Of a DNA stretch of 64,000 nucleotides, positions 28,832-44,942 are shown one piece after another; the first letter of the stretch is position 1; the number at the start of each line of letters is the position of its first letter. The position numbers were made by a program, and so were the translations under genes. The notes under the pieces were generated by a model, which saw only the letters and a list, made by a program, of their open reading frames with translations, was not told the DNA's origin and ran no database searches. This DNA comes from the human T2T-CHM13v2.0 reference genome, Homo sapiens: the NCBI RefSeq assembly GCF_009914755.1, contig NC_060926.1, one strand, 5' to 3'.

Positions 28832-30122
28832 ATATGCTCTTTTGAAAAAATCAATAATAATTCTCTGATGAAAAGAATAAGGAGAAAATGGTGGCATTTC
28901 AAGCATCTGAGTGAGAGGCAGGGTGGCCGTGGCCTTGCCTGAAGTTCTTCACTTTAATTCCAGTAAGTGGAGGGACAGGAATGACTTCCTGTCCCTTTCA
29001 TTTCATTTTTGTAAAGTCAGCGCAACAGTCACTGAGGGCAAGAGCCTGCACCTTCATCACCTCTGGAAGGAAAGCTGCGGTTGGCTGGTCCAGCTTCGGG
29101 AGCGCTATAGGCCAAGCATGTGTGCAGGCCTGCAAAGGCTGCAGAAGATACCCCAGCTGGGCTCACACCCATCACTGCCACTCACCGCTGCCTTCCTCTT
29201 TGCGTTATAACCTCCACTTTCACTGCTCTGTACTCCATTTGGCTCACACAAGTATTTGCCTACAGCTAACAATTCAGAAATTCTTCACAAATACACATTT
29301 CCAGTAGAAAATAATAGGAGATCATAGCAAGGAGAGAGAGTTTCGTTGCCCTTGGACTTGCTGGTTATTTTCTTTTAGGCATTAGCCATTGAAGTGGCCA
29401 TTTGCTTCGTTGTAAAACAATCCCTCAGGCTTGCAGACTGTCGAGTAGAATCATTATTGCCATCTTCTTGATTTAATAATTTCAATCAATATTCAGTTTT
29501 CTATGATAATGGAAGGCAAGTGGCAGAGCAGATAGCCCTGAACAACAGACAGCACAAGAGTTATTACTATTGTTTTCAGCTAGTGGATGCCTCACAGGCT
29601 CTTCACCAATTTCCTTTCCAAGTTCTCCTTTGCTTAGCTCAACGGGCCCCAAACTTGGATGTGCATCAGATTCACCAGGGCGAGGGTATTCAAGTGACCT
29701 GACAACCTGTTGCCTTGTGAGAAAAACCAATCTGTTTTGTGCTATTTATCACAAATAACTGGCAAGTGGACACTCAAGCATTTGACCATGCTTAGTATAA
29801 GGACACAATGCCTGCCCTCTGCTCTGTCTTATGCCTTTTGCCCAAGATTTCTAGGTAGCAGCCCTGAGCAGGCCTTTAATGTTAACATATGACACCAGTC
29901 AAATTAGGGCAGAAAAGGAAGGAGGTGAAGAAAGAAGAAAAGGTGCTATTTTGTTGAAAAAGCACAGTGAGTGGTATCTGGGTGGAAGACTTTAAACCTA
30001 GGCGGTTTTTGAGATTCTAGTACTGGGTAAGTAGAAATAATACTCTGAACAAGAAGAATATTTGGCAAGAGGAATAGAAACTTTAAGCAAAAGATATGGA
30101 ACATCATATTAGCCATAGTCAT

Positions 30123-30407
<285 letters not shown>

Positions 30408-31013
30408 AGCCAAAATCATTTCTAAACTTAGATAGACATTTCAGTTAAAGAATGAAACCCCAAAAAGAATGGAAGAGATGGGAAGTTAGAAGGCAGTCTA
30501 ACATTTGTTATTTACAGTATACATGAAAGGAAAATCATAGCAAGGAAATGGGCTCTTCCTGCAGAACTGAGAAGAAAATGGAACCCGCTGTCAAGAGAAG
30601 AAAGAAAAAAAAAATGTTATCCATAAAATTAGCCAGATGCTTTTTCTTACCCTTCTGACAAAACCAGGTTTCATTTCTGCCAAAAGTAGTTTTCACATAA
30701 AAGAAATGATAACCTGTTCTAGAAAAAAGAGGTTCAAAAAGATGTTCAGAGTGGTCAGGATGGTTAATCCAATAACTGTGAAAGCTGATTCTTACTCACT
30801 TAAGCTATTAAATCCAGAACCTTTCAGTAGATATCTACTTTCATTTTATAACATGCCTCTCAAAAAACATCAATTCAGGCTGATACAAGACTAAGTATTT
30901 AGGGCTGAAAATGATAATGATGTAGTCTTTTCAACCAGGATTGTAATCAGGAGGGTGAGCCACCGGCCCTTTCAGAATGAGACGCACTTCAGTGAGTTCA
31001 ACAGCAACTTTGC

Positions 31014-31341
<328 letters not shown>

Positions 31342-31539
31342 TTAACTTTATGTCTCCTATTTCATTCCATGGCTGTTCTCTTTTTTCATTCACAAGTGTT
31401 TTGTTTATTATGTGGTCTGTCTTTCTCTATGGTTATGAAAAGGAATTTGAATTTTGTGAAATTAAATGCAGTTAAGCCACCTACGATGAACTTAAAAAAA
31501 CACACATACACAAAACACTATTTTACTAACTAAATGCCA

Positions 31540-32170
31540 AAGCCTTTTAAAAGAAGTATGGAGCAAAGTGCTCTCCTATATGCCAGTGGAAGGATAAATC
31601 AAGACATCCCCTTCAGGAAACACACACCATGCCACACCACGACTCCCCACTCCACTTGCAGACACATGTCTCAGAGAATTTACCACACATGCATACAGAG
31701 ATCCACACAGGGATGGGCACCATGACATATCTGTAACTGGAAAAACCAGCAACAGCTTACATCATCAAAAAGTAAACAGTTCAGCAAATTATGATATAAT
31801 TAAAAAACAGAAAACTACTATGCAACAAAATGAATAAAATAAGACATTTCTCAAAAACAATGCTGCATGAAGAAAACTGCGGAAGGATACATAGATTGTG
31901 ACATCATAAATGTAGATTTAAAAACATAAAATACAGTTGTACGTATTTTTTATTAACATACAAAAATGTAGGAAAAGTGTGCATATTAAGAGTAGACTTG
32001 AAATTCATGGTGAGAGGTGCCTCTGAGGAAGAAAGGCAGGCAATATTTTCTTTTATTAAAAAGAAAAAAGGAGGTAAAGCATATGGTCAATATTGTAATC
32101 TGTTAACACTATCAGGTGGTTATATTGGTATCTTTTATATTGTCCTCAGCAGCTTTTTGAATATTAAGTT
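31540..32170 (+). mobile_element. Highly degenerate L1ME-like 3' fragment
   Basis: Residual L1 3' motifs (tatggagcaa...ctcctatatgccagtgg; gcaaattatgatat; tctcaaaaacaatgctg). Confidence 0.5.
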
Positions 32171-33353
32171 ACTTTTTAAATATTGTGTAACTTTCACTAT
32201 TTTCCATTTAAAAGTCACACATTTTCTTGAGTTCATTCAATTGCCCATTTACTTATGCATTTGACAAATATCTATTGAACATGTCATTAATCCTAGGATG
32301 TGAAGAGTTAAGAAAATATTCTTGCCCTTGCAAGAACCACATGAAATGGACTAATTCTTATTTAAGAATCCTGTCATATTCTGTAAGTAGGTTTCTGTAC
32401 ACCATAAGGAAGGATTTCCACTAGGTTTGATATTGTCCAAGAATAATTGCAATGTGCTTATTTACAGAATAGTATGCTACTGTAGTTCCATAAATAAAAT
32501 GGTCAATATTTATCTTTATCTTCTTGTCAAGAGTTTTTATTAAAGGGCATCTAAGCAAATGAATCTTGAGGATGTTCCAAAGTGAGTTATCATCAAATAA
32601 TCACCATGACAAAAAGTCAAATAAGCTAATCTTTCTTTGAAGGTTTTCCAAAGAGACAGATTAATTGGCCAACCTGTCACCATTAATGACAAAAGCATGT
32701 GATGTGGTGTAACTTGTATTTGGCATAGTCATTATGATTGTACTTCCAACATCTTATGACGCAATTCTCTAGAAATTCAAGATTAAGTGTTTGGTTCATC
32801 CTATCTCTAAGGTAGCCACCAATAGTCTTTGCATAACAAATATCAACAACTATACTGAACAAAAAAATCAAACAGTACTCGATATTGTTGGCTAACTCTA
32901 ACATTGCTCCTGCCCAACTCAATCCTACATTTTTTATTCAGATTTTTTGTTTGATAAAAGAAGCACCGCTTTTTTGGTCATCACATGTCAGCCCTCAGGC
33001 TTTCAGGCTACCTAAGTATCTCTTACTCTCAGAGAAGTACTCTAGATCTTACTCAGGTAAGAAAAGGTCAGACACTAACCAGGTTACAACCAATCTCAGG
33101 AGTAAGGAACCCCAGCATTGAATCATTAAAGCAGGCCTGGCACAGGAACCAAGCCGGAGGACTGTGGGGCAGAATCTTCTCTTCTCTCTAGGGCCTTCTC
33201 CTGAGTGTTCTCAACAGTTACCAAAGCTCAGAGCAGAGCTCATCAGATTACGAAACTGATTCAGATCATCTAAGCCTATGCTTGGGTCTGATCAAGAAAC
33301 AGGCAACAAAACTCCAGGTACAAAGGGGCTTTGGCAGAGCTACACCCTCCCCA

Positions 33354-33370
33354 CACCACACACACACACA

Positions 33371-33403
<33 letters not shown>
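33354..33403. repeat. (CA)n microsatellite with one TA interruption
   Basis: Read directly. Confidence 0.95.
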
Positions 33404-33627
33404 TCTCACATTTCTAGAATTTCAATCTTTACATAGTAGTTAAGAATGTCATCTAACTTCCACACAGCCTCCCTGTCATGATAATTCTAACACTTATCAG
33501 AAAAGTGTTTATTATTTTAAAATGTATCTATGTATGACTATCATATGGAATATACACACAAAGTGTTTTAAGTGTTTTATTGTACTTTTATTGCAATTTA
33601 TTACCATCTCAAGTGAGTTACATTATG

Positions 33628-33836
33628 TCTGCCAATCATACCTATAAAAACCAAAGCTCCTAAAATCATTGTTTTATGACATTAAATGTATTCAATAAAT
33701 TATATGGTACTGATATATTCTAGAGATTCTATATTCTGCCAATCATGCCTATAAAAACCAAAGCTCCTAAAATCATTCTTTTATGGCATTAAATGTATTC
33801 AATAAATTATACGGTACTGATATATTCTAGAGATTC
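33628..33836. repeat. Tandem duplication, period 107 bp, 2 copies
   Basis: tctgccaatcat...tctagagattc at 33628-33729 and 33735-33836, with 4 substitutions. Confidence 0.95.
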
Positions 33837-34295
33837 CTCTGAATATAACAAAATATAAATATAAAATATTGTTTGCTTTCAATTGATGCTTTGCCAAACT
33901 CTAGTTAAAGAGGAAAAAACCCTCTAAATTAGACATCCATGTGAAAATGAGACACCAAGCAGATGTCAGGCTAATTTTAAGATTTTTAAATTTGAGAATT
34001 GGAACAGTGAAGTCCTCAGCTTTTGTTTTTATCTGAAATACTCATTTCTCAAATGTTAACACAGTAACAGAAAGCCAACATGTACACAACACACACAAAA
34101 ACAAAAACAGAACAAAATTAAAGCCCAAATCTCAAGTTCCAGAACCCACACCTATGATGCCATCGTTTGCTGTATCTGCTTTTAGTTGACTTCTTTACAG
34201 TTTTGATCTTTATTGTGGATAAGTAACTTAAGTGAACCTAAAAGGAGATAAAGAAAAACAAAAACAAAAAGCTAAGTGAAGCTCTGCTTCAAGGG

Positions 34296-34520
34296 AAGCA
34301 GTGAGGTGGAGTGAAAACAGTGACTTTGAAGTGTGACGGAGGTTTCAAATCCTGGCTCAACTCCTTACCTGCCATATGACCTTGGGCAGTTGCTTCACCT
34401 CTGTGAACCCCAGCCTCCTCTTATGTAAAATGGGATGATAATAATTATTTGCTACAGTTGTTGATAAAATAATTTCTTAAAGTGCCTGACAATAGTAGGC
34501 AATAAATAAATAAATGTTAA
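34296..34520 (+). mobile_element. MIR
   Basis: ttcaaatcctggctc...tgaccttgggcagttgcttcacctctgtgaaccccagcctcctcttatgtaaaatggg core. Confidence 0.8.
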
Positions 34521-37500
34521 CTAATTGTCTTCTCCTTGTCTCTTTTCCCAAACAAGATGCGAATTATCCAGGGAGAGAGCATTAGGAAAGTGAGCAACAC
34601 TATGGAAGGAGAGAAATGCATAGAATGTTACCCAGTGAAGACTATAAGTCAGGAGGACATTCTAGTCTGCACATGATAACAAAAAGATGGGCGTTCCTGC
34701 AGATCATATGGGGGTAAAAAGAAAAAAAAAAAAAGGTGGGCACGGACCAACTGCTGTGAGGAATGCAAAATGAACGCAGCTGACCAGTAAGTGTACAAGG
34801 TGAAAGCCTAGCCACAAAGGAGAAGAAAGTTCATTTAGTGAGAGCCAAGGAGAAGAACCAGGATTTCTGATTAAACACCACTTGGATTCCTAGTCTTATC
34901 GCCTGAGTGCCATCTCTAAGTGAACCTTATGCACAGCAAGGAACAGTGACGAAAGAAACTACAGCCAAGTTTGTTTCCCAAACGTCAGAGAGGTTTAGCA
35001 GAAATAACACTGTGAAGACATGGTCATCTAGACTTACTCATAATTTTCAATGTATGAGAGCACCACAACCATCTTCCATACAAAATAAGCTTTTTGGTCC
35101 CACTGGCAGTCAACAAGGCAAAACCTGTCTGGGCTTTCAAATGTCATGGATCAGCTGGATATATAGCAACATAAACAAGTTTTCATCAGGTCTAAAATGC
35201 CATCAACAGTAGGATACACCATTAGTCTATGTACCACTAATAAATTTTTTAAATGTTCCAAAATGAAGAGTCTGACAGAAGACTGCTACAGAAAACTGAG
35301 ACACCAAAGGGTCACATTTTCTAGGGAAGGGCTAACAAGAAATAAACTTGCCATGCTGAAAGAAACAGCAAGTAGACATGTATATCTCAAGCTTGGGACC
35401 AGCTGAAGAAAAAAAAAAATCTCTGAGAATGCAAACTGCCAACTGGTACTGCATCCACACAACCAGTGTGGTACAAGAAAACCTCAAGCAGGTAATTTAA
35501 TATCAAGCAGTCTCAGATTGGTAGTGTCCCTGAATGGCTATCACAAGCAAACACAAATCTCCTCTGAAGAGCTTGACTCTAATCCAGGCTGATGACCCAC
35601 TGAAACATGCCATCAAATGTAAGACACACCCCAACTTCAGGGATGTTAAAGAATGGGGAGGAAAGGTGTGCATTAGAATTAAAGAAATGTAGTAGCCATT
35701 TTCCTAAAAGAATAAGGTGATATTATATATATGGGTCTGGGTCACTCAACAAATATTTATTAGTGGGTATCCACTACATGAGTAACAAAGGTTTCAAAGA
35801 AATTGAAGGCACGACCCCTGCTCACAAGTGGCTCATTAACAATATCTCTGAGAACATGGATTCATGTTTCTATCTGATTTAGTTTTGGACTGTTTGCCAA
35901 CATGGTTATGGCACAGTTACAAAATGGTTAGACAGGTAAATGCACCCTGCTCCAATCTTGAGTAGGCGTTTTTACTGCCTAGCATTGGAAGTTTATCTAT
36001 GAAAAGTCAGCCTTAATATAAGTAAACTTATTTTCATTCCTTCAATTTCAACAAAAAACATACAATCTATTTTCTGATTACTTTGATTAGCTTTCACTCA
36101 AACTAATAGTATTATGTACAGTATGTGGGACAGGTAAATTTGATCATTTGGTTAAAATGTATAGATTAAGTAGATATTATTAACTTCTATTTGGGGCAGG
36201 AAAGTTTGAGGTAACTTCATCTTGAAGGCTTTTAAAAAATCTACAATGTAAGACATCATTAAAGTAATTTGTATCCATTAATTCAACTTTGAAAAGTGAA
36301 CATATATTTTGGTCAAGAGAGATTCAAACTCTTGCATGAAAGGAAGTATCAGGGGTTAGCTAAATCATGGCTCACAGAAAATATTATTTGTTAGCATTAG
36401 TTTTGCCTTTACCCATGGATAGGGCTACCTGTGTTAGAATTATTATATATACATATGCCAAAACCCAGCCCCAGAGGACCCTTCAACACAGTCTCTAATG
36501 CCATTTCTTGGGAAATGTTCTGTTACCATCATCTAAAAGAATACAGGTTTCCCCTCCAAAGACAGAGCCACTTGGATTCATGCCTTTGTACTTTTCTTGG
36601 AATACCCTCATCCCTGATTTGGGTCCTGGTAACTGTTTACAAGAAAACACAAAGAGAATCTTAGGAAATAAACTACATACAAATTAGACATATCATAGGT
36701 GCCCTTTCAAATTCCACATGGTCTGGCTCATCTTTACACATTAAATCATTCTTTCATTGCACTTGCAATCTCTTTTCTGAGTTTACCCTCGTTTTCAACC
36801 TTAACTCAAACCAGCGTCCTGTCCTCTTTGTCAGAGAGGCAGGACAGGACCCAGAGCTTCCCGCCTGGGGCTGTTTCTCATCTCTTTGGTTCTTGTTGCC
36901 ACCCAGCCCTGACTCCAGGCTTCCCTGGAGTCCGCCCACACAAGGTGTCTGCAACTCGGGGCTGCAGGGCCTTGAGAGCTTCCAACCATTCTCTAAATGT
37001 GTTGTTTCTTTAGTGGGTTCTAATTTCTTCTCAGTTGGCTAACACTCTGCAAGAATCACTATCCAACGCTTTCTAGTTTCCCATCTTGGTACCCACCTCT
37101 CCACAGACCCTTTTCTTCAGGGAGTCACTACCCTCAGCATTTCTACCCAGACCTTCTGTTTCCTCTCAGGACTTTATTGGTATTCTGTAACTAACTCTCA
37201 AACAAGCGTATCAACGCAGAAATGATTCTGGGGAAGTACCCAAAGAGCTGTCATGAGATAACATAGAATTACAGGGCAGACTCATTCTGGAATGTAAGTT
37301 GGAAAGAGGTTAACAGATTTCAAAAAGCTGAAATAAAATAAAGGAGACGAAAAGTTGACCTCGTAATGAATAGACACAACAGTGAAAATCAGGGAGGGGC
37401 TAGAAATTTCTGAAAGGAGGAATGATAAAGAAGATTCTTAATAAAAAATGTCTGGCCTGTACTGGCAACATCTGAAGCCTTATGCTGGTAACTAGGATTT

Positions 37501-39202
37501 CATTGAGTATGGTACTCCAGAGCCAAGACAGTAAAACTGCACAGATATATTTTTAAACCCATGAGGCTGTTGTGTGGGTGTAGATGTAAAAGAAAAACAA
37601 ATGCAAGCTGGTGTTCTGCTTGGAACAGCTCCACATCACACTCCCCAATATTATTCTATAAACCCAATTTATTTTTACTTCCTAGCGTATGTTAATTATC
37701 TGTATTATAGAGTTTTTCGATTGTCAGTAGAAAACAACAACATTATTTACTTCTCACAGTACACAGGTATTTTCCTGATTATATGAAAAAGTATAACATT
37801 TATAAATTAAATTTATTCTATTTATCAACCACATCAATTTGTTGTCCTCTTCCTTTTTCCTATTACTTACTCTAACATAAAATATGTTCATACTTATCTA
37901 TGTTTTATATTTTAACAATAGTGATTTGCATACATATAAATTTTCTAGAACAGTGCCCATCACATGGTAAATATTTAAAAATGTTACCTGTAATCACTAT
38001 CATTACTATCGTTATTGTTAATAACAATGTTCCTTATTATAGTAAATTCTATCATAGTCTATACCTGCCAGGAAATTCCTACAGCTATGCAAGATGGATG
38101 TTGCCTCATCCATAGAACATTTTTTATCTTTCCTGGACAGAAATTAGGTCTATTTCTCTAGTTTTTCTGCAGATCTCTCTCCTGATACCATCCGTGGCCC
38201 TCATCTTAGATTGTTAATGTCTGTTTACTATATTCTATTTCCTGTATCAGACTGTACTGTACTCGCTCTCAGAGTGGGGGGGGTATGACCAACCTATGAA
38301 TCCCCCATATGCCTAGTTAAGAATATCTGTGCAATGAATGTTATAATGTAAGAAAATGTAACAGGAAACCAACATGGTGTAATTCTTGCCTTCAGTTCCA
38401 AGAATGGTCTCTCTCGGACCCATGTCTTTTTATTTCAACATTTTTATACAGTATTAGAAAGCATCTGTCCACAATAAAATCTCCAAATCTGCATATAGCA
38501 CCCTACCCTTTCATTGCACTGACATACTGAGCTGATGGGGATAAGCTGTGGGAAAAGTGGGACAGAAAAGTGACAGATGATCTTCAATATCCATAAGCAA
38601 GACTTAGCCCACTAAACCACCAGTTCTAACTGGAACCATTTGGGAGTTATTTTGGACAGTTTCTGAAAGGCAGGAGCCCAATATGAACCAAAACTCAAAA
38701 GGGCAATAAATGCTGGGCAGGGAAATAAAAACTATTTATTGGAAATAAAACTGAAAACATAATGCTTCTATGTACAAAATTCAAGTGCGTGTAAATTGGT
38801 CACTCTAGGAGGTTGTAATGATTGCCCTTTGAAAACAATGAAATGCAGAATTACTAAAATGATTCAAGGAATACAGACATTTCTATGTAAGTATACATAT
38901 TAAAACTAGGAGTCTCTAATCTAGAAAAATATTAATTTAAAGGAGATATTTTAAGTTTATAAAGTCATAACTAAATTTATTCATCAACTTATGGAAAAAT
39001 TAGGAATAGAGGAAAATGTTTGAAATACATATTTTTGGGGAGAGAGAAGCATATTACAAATATGTGTGAATCACAATGCTGGGTTGTTTAAAGAATATCT
39101 GGAGCAACTGGTTGATCTCTCGCAACTCACAACTTGTACTCCAAGAAACTCCCTCCCTCATTTCCAAAAGTAGAGACAAAATCATGTTTGGGAAATCCTT
39201 TG

Positions 39203-39205
<3 letters not shown>

Positions 39206-39251
<46 letters not shown>
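39206..39251. repeat. (TA)23 pure microsatellite
   Basis: Read directly. Confidence 0.95.
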
Positions 39252-39252
<1 letters not shown>

Positions 39253-42077
39253 CCTTTCATACATTCTGATTATAAGTAGAAGCCCACTAGGTATTAGAAG
39301 AAGTGAAGAGGATTTATACTCTAAGAGAAAGTAAAGGACAAAAAGTTGTTTGTATTAAGGGCTCTAAACTACAAGTTTCAGGCCAGGGTTAGAGGGAGGC
39401 AAACATTTCATTTCTCATTGAAAAATTACATTTTAGGAACTGTTTTGATATTTTGAGGTACACTAGCACTCAATCATTCAAGTATCCTGCTGTAAATCTA
39501 TTTATCGGGCTGACAGTTATTTATGTTTTGCTAAATAACAGGTAAACTTGTATGAAGCAGTTAAATCCTCTCTCTAGAAACATGCTTAACAAATTTCCAA
39601 ATTTCAGACAACAGACTAGAAAACAGAAGCAAAAACAGCTGGCGTCACTGGCTTCAGTGACCTAAATTGAGCCCAAATCTTCCTCCTCGTTTTGAGTCAG
39701 GCATTTTTGTGTCAGTTGACATAACTGTATTTTATTCTGGTGTTGATGTAAACTATTTCTCAGAATTACAAAGCCAAACATTTCTGGGAAACAGGCAGAG
39801 AAAGAAAACTTCAATAAAAACCCAATACCTACATTAAAAATATATATATTTGTATTTCTGAGTGATAGAACTATAAATCAATCTCTTAAATATTTCTATT
39901 TTCCTCAAAAAAAATTGCTTCAGTTGTGTGTCATTCCCTTTTACTGTTGCTAACAACACCGAAGGATAAAACATTCTGGCCGAGCTATAACTATAAAATT
40001 AGCCTAACTAACTTTAACAAAATATGATGTGAACTTAAAAGTTAGCTTGTGTTTTGTTTCATTTTAATCGATAATATTGTTGCCTCTTTGCATGTGCTAT
40101 TTTTTGAAAATGTCTGAAAGAGGAAATCAGGAAATGCATTTTGTATTAATTTCTAGTGTTATTTTCAAACAAATAAAATTCACTTTGTAATTAAATACAA
40201 TCTCCCTTTTTTATACAAGCTTAAATAAAAGTCCAAATAAGGTGAGTGCTTAAGCTCAGTTGCAAACAATATAAGTATTGCATTCTTTGACAGTCACAGA
40301 AATAATTCTCATTCAGTGATCCTTTTATTATTGCTATCTTTAGTTTCCATGGGGGTTTATGTGAATAAAATAAAATAAAATCCCACACGTACTCAGATAG
40401 AATTACAAATGAATGTTCTCTATTCCTGTTTATGTTAAGAGTTCCAAGAATGACTATCATGAGTACACATAATGGTGCTCTTTTAGCAGTGCTGACATAA
40501 AAGGGCCACTCAACTATGTTGTTTAATTGTATATATTCCAATGCTAGGCAACTCTCCAAACCTTATTGTAAACATTGTATAAGGTCTGTAAGTTTGGCAG
40601 AATAATGGAGCTCAGGCTTTTACAGTTAACGCTAAGTGACAGTTGACTTCTCTTTAGGATTGTATACATTGTTTGCCTTGATTAGTGCAGATTGCTCTGT
40701 CACGTAAAACAAGCTGGCATTTGGAAACTCAGCCTAATGTTGCGCTCTAAGGTTGTCACTTTTTCCCCATGCACACTGACTTGGTGCAGTGTTTTGTTTC
40801 CAGGTCTATAGAAAAAAGTAATCTATTACAGATTCTTGTGTTAAGGCTAGAAATAGAATAGAATAGGAATATTCAATCAACTGCTGTATTGAACATGTAT
40901 TAAGTACACAGGTATTATGTAGCAACAGAGAGATTTTGTTAATTTCATGGAATTTGTCATTTAAAAGTATTTTTAGGCAAAATTCATGTTTTTATATACT
41001 CTTGAAGCAGACCCTAATTTCTGTGCTATGATTAAGGAGGAAGGAAAGGCAGAGAAACATAGGATAAAAGGTAGTACATTCCTACCCTTGAGTTTTATAA
41101 GAATGAGGCTCATTTACTGTTCAAAGGACATTGTTTATACATTCCAGACTTCCATCTTATAATTGCTCTAGGATTTGTAAAAAGGAAATCTCAGCAGGGC
41201 AGCAAAATTTATTCAAAGCAATAGCTGCACATAATTGGTATAAAATACCAGAACAGTCTGCTCTGAAAACTCTTTTTCTCAGCAACGCAGATTTCCACCC
41301 CCTCAACTCTCTTTCCATATGCAAATAAAGTTTGACTACTTCTCCTCTATTACTTGAGTCTTTTCTTCCTCTACTCAGATAATCTATTTTTTAAAGGTCC
41401 TATAAATATTTTCAATACCTTTTATATGAAAAACTTTTTTGATGCCCATTTGGTTTTAGTAGTGTTTACCTGGTTACTATGACAACAGGTAAGAAGAACT
41501 CATGTTGTAGAGGAAAGCTAGTTTTATCTTTATATTTTCATAAAACATTATGAGTTAATTATGTGTTTTATCATACATAAAGGTTAAAAACTTCTCTGCT
41601 GTGTTATTACCATCTCAAGAACTCAATTAAATGAACAAAGGAACATAAGTTTGAGTCTGGATATTATTATTCAAATTTGAAAAATATATTAAAAAAAAGG
41701 TGAGTCACAAAGTGTGGCATATCCCATACATTACAACCACGAGTCTAGAGTGTTAGCTGGACTTCTGACAAAATTCCTTCAGAGGTAAAATAAAAAGAAA
41801 CAAAATAACAGCATCTTCCTGTTTAAAGGGACATGTTCATTCTAAAAGTTATTTCCAACAAGTTCTTTTTTGTGTGTGTTGATGAACAAGCGTACAATAG
41901 CTTTGCTAATTTAATACCACTTTAAAACATCACTTGATAGGATTTGGGCAGATTTTCTTTACTGATATGACTGCAAGATCATGGGATTTTGCGGTTGTTC
42001 TTTTTGAAAGAGAAAAACATCTCCGTGAAACCAGAAACACCACCTCTCAATAGGAAGGATTAAAAAACATTCTTCAG

Positions 42078-42185
42078 TCGTGATGGTTGCCTAATAATGT
42101 GAACGTATTCAACGCCACTGAATTGTACACAAAAAATGGTTAAAATGACAAATTTAACATTATTTACCACAATAAACAAAACAAA
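42078..42185 (+). mobile_element. Short L1M 3'-terminal fragment
   Basis: gtgatggttgc...aatgtgaacgta...gccactgaattgtacac...aaaatggttaaaatg...ttaccacaataaac. Confidence 0.7.
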
Positions 42186-42759
42186 ACTTCTTGAGTACGT
42201 ATGTACAGGAAGAGTCATTTCAAACATTTGTCATAATCAAACTTAGAGCTTGTTCCTTTTAAAATGCAAAATCTCTGATATAATTCTTATGACCTATTAA
42301 AGACAGATTAAATAAAGCATAATGTGGAAAAGGTAGGCAAAAAGTAGGCTTGAGTAGTGTAAGAATAACCAGAAAACAAATATCCATTAACTCAATGTCC
42401 TGCAAAGTATTTTCAGTTGCGTCGCAAGTAATATATCGTATTTATGGTGTGATAATCTTTCACATTCTTGTTGAATAATTATGAGATTCAAGTGATTGTT
42501 TTTTTCAGGTTATGGACTTAAGATAATGCAGATTTCTGAAGACAGCCTAAAAAATCCCACTAATAACTAATTTTCTTAGAAAGTTTCCATTATTGTTTTG
42601 CAATAGACCTGTAAAAATGCTATGGTAGGCACTCACTACTGCTTATCTAATTCATTTGAGTAATCACAGCAGATTTTTAAAAAGGCAATGGGTAGCCATG
42701 TTAACTGAAAGAAATGAAACTATCCATTAAGAAAAGTAGTAAGCAGCCATTCCTTTATT

Positions 42760-43205
42760 CAACAAAATTTACTGATTCCCACACTTCATTCGCCTCTCCA
42801 CCTTTTCCCCTCTATCCTGTGACCTGGGGGCCGACCACAGGCCCTGCATCACTGGTATCCTCCTCTCTCGGGCTTCCTATTGGTTCCAATTGGAGGCACT
42901 GGCAGATCTAAGGGTAGGAGGAAAGTGAGACATAACTGGTCCACATGGGCTTAGTCCTTGGCTGAAGGTCATCACCTCTCTCAGGGAGCCCCCAGCACTG
43001 GGCTTCCCCTCCAGGTTCTGGTAACTGCTCCCACCCTTTGCTCTTTCAGACTTTGAGTAGTAAAAGCACTCGTATTTTGCTGGCCTCAGAAAATGTCGTT
43101 GTCTCTTTTAGGTTTCCCTAAGACCTGCCAACACATTTGTAAACATTCCTTAAATACCAAGTTTGCGTATGTATGTCATGCATTGCCTATCAGAATCCTA
43201 ACTAA
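42760..43205. mobile_element. Old ERVL-type solo LTR (LTR33/LTR16-like)
   Basis: Motifs ggcttcctattggttccaattggaggcactggcagat...gggtaggaggaaagtgag and ggttctggtaactgctcc; recognised by eye only. Confidence 0.5.
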
Positions 43206-43393
43206 TATAATCACATATTCTTGTCAGACACAGTTTTAGGTCCTTAGAAACCCTGAGCAAATCCTGAGAAATATTGTTTTTAGATATGTAGCCATTTATT
43301 TTGCTTTTTAAAATTTAATTGCTTTTCAATTAATAATGCCCCATCCATATGTTATTTTTTAAATTATACTAATAGAGTAGAATGGGCCCCCCA

Positions 43394-43740
<347 letters not shown>

Positions 43741-43947
43741 TAGTCATTGAATACTTGGTTTTTTGCATTTTATGAAGTGTTTATGTGACAACGACAAACT
43801 AACTTGGTAGTGATTGCCTTTGGGGACACTATGAGCAAGTCTCATAGTAAAGCTTGAGATTGAGAATATTACTTAGGTAATTTAGGCTAAAAGCTCATTT
43901 TTATCCTAATCACGTATGTATTTGAAGCAGAAGCATTTCATCACTAA

Positions 43948-44386
<439 letters not shown>

Positions 44387-44695
44387 CAAAACACACTTCT
44401 TGTCTTTAAGGATCTTATGTTCTTGTAAAGGAAGCCTGCATGTACACAAATTACTGTTTATAAAGTACGATATAAAACTATTTCTAAATACACATGCAAC
44501 CTCATGCTATGCCTTTTCTTTCCTGATATTTTGTGACTTTCTCAGTCTTTTTCCCCTAGCATTAAATGTTATACAGCATAGTCTAAATGAAATGTCACTT
44601 AATGCAAGTTAAAATATAAGAAGAAGCAAAAATCAAATTAGTAAGCAGTCTCCATTTTTTAAGCAACGAAAGAATGAAACTTTACAGGCGGCCTA

Positions 44696-44900
<205 letters not shown>

Positions 44901-44942
44901 TTAATTAAAAGAATTTTATATACTTGCTTCAGTTTGCCTGCA

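Noticed and set aside
39054-39334. ORFs with YIYIYI runs
   Set aside because: Translation of the (TA)n microsatellite.
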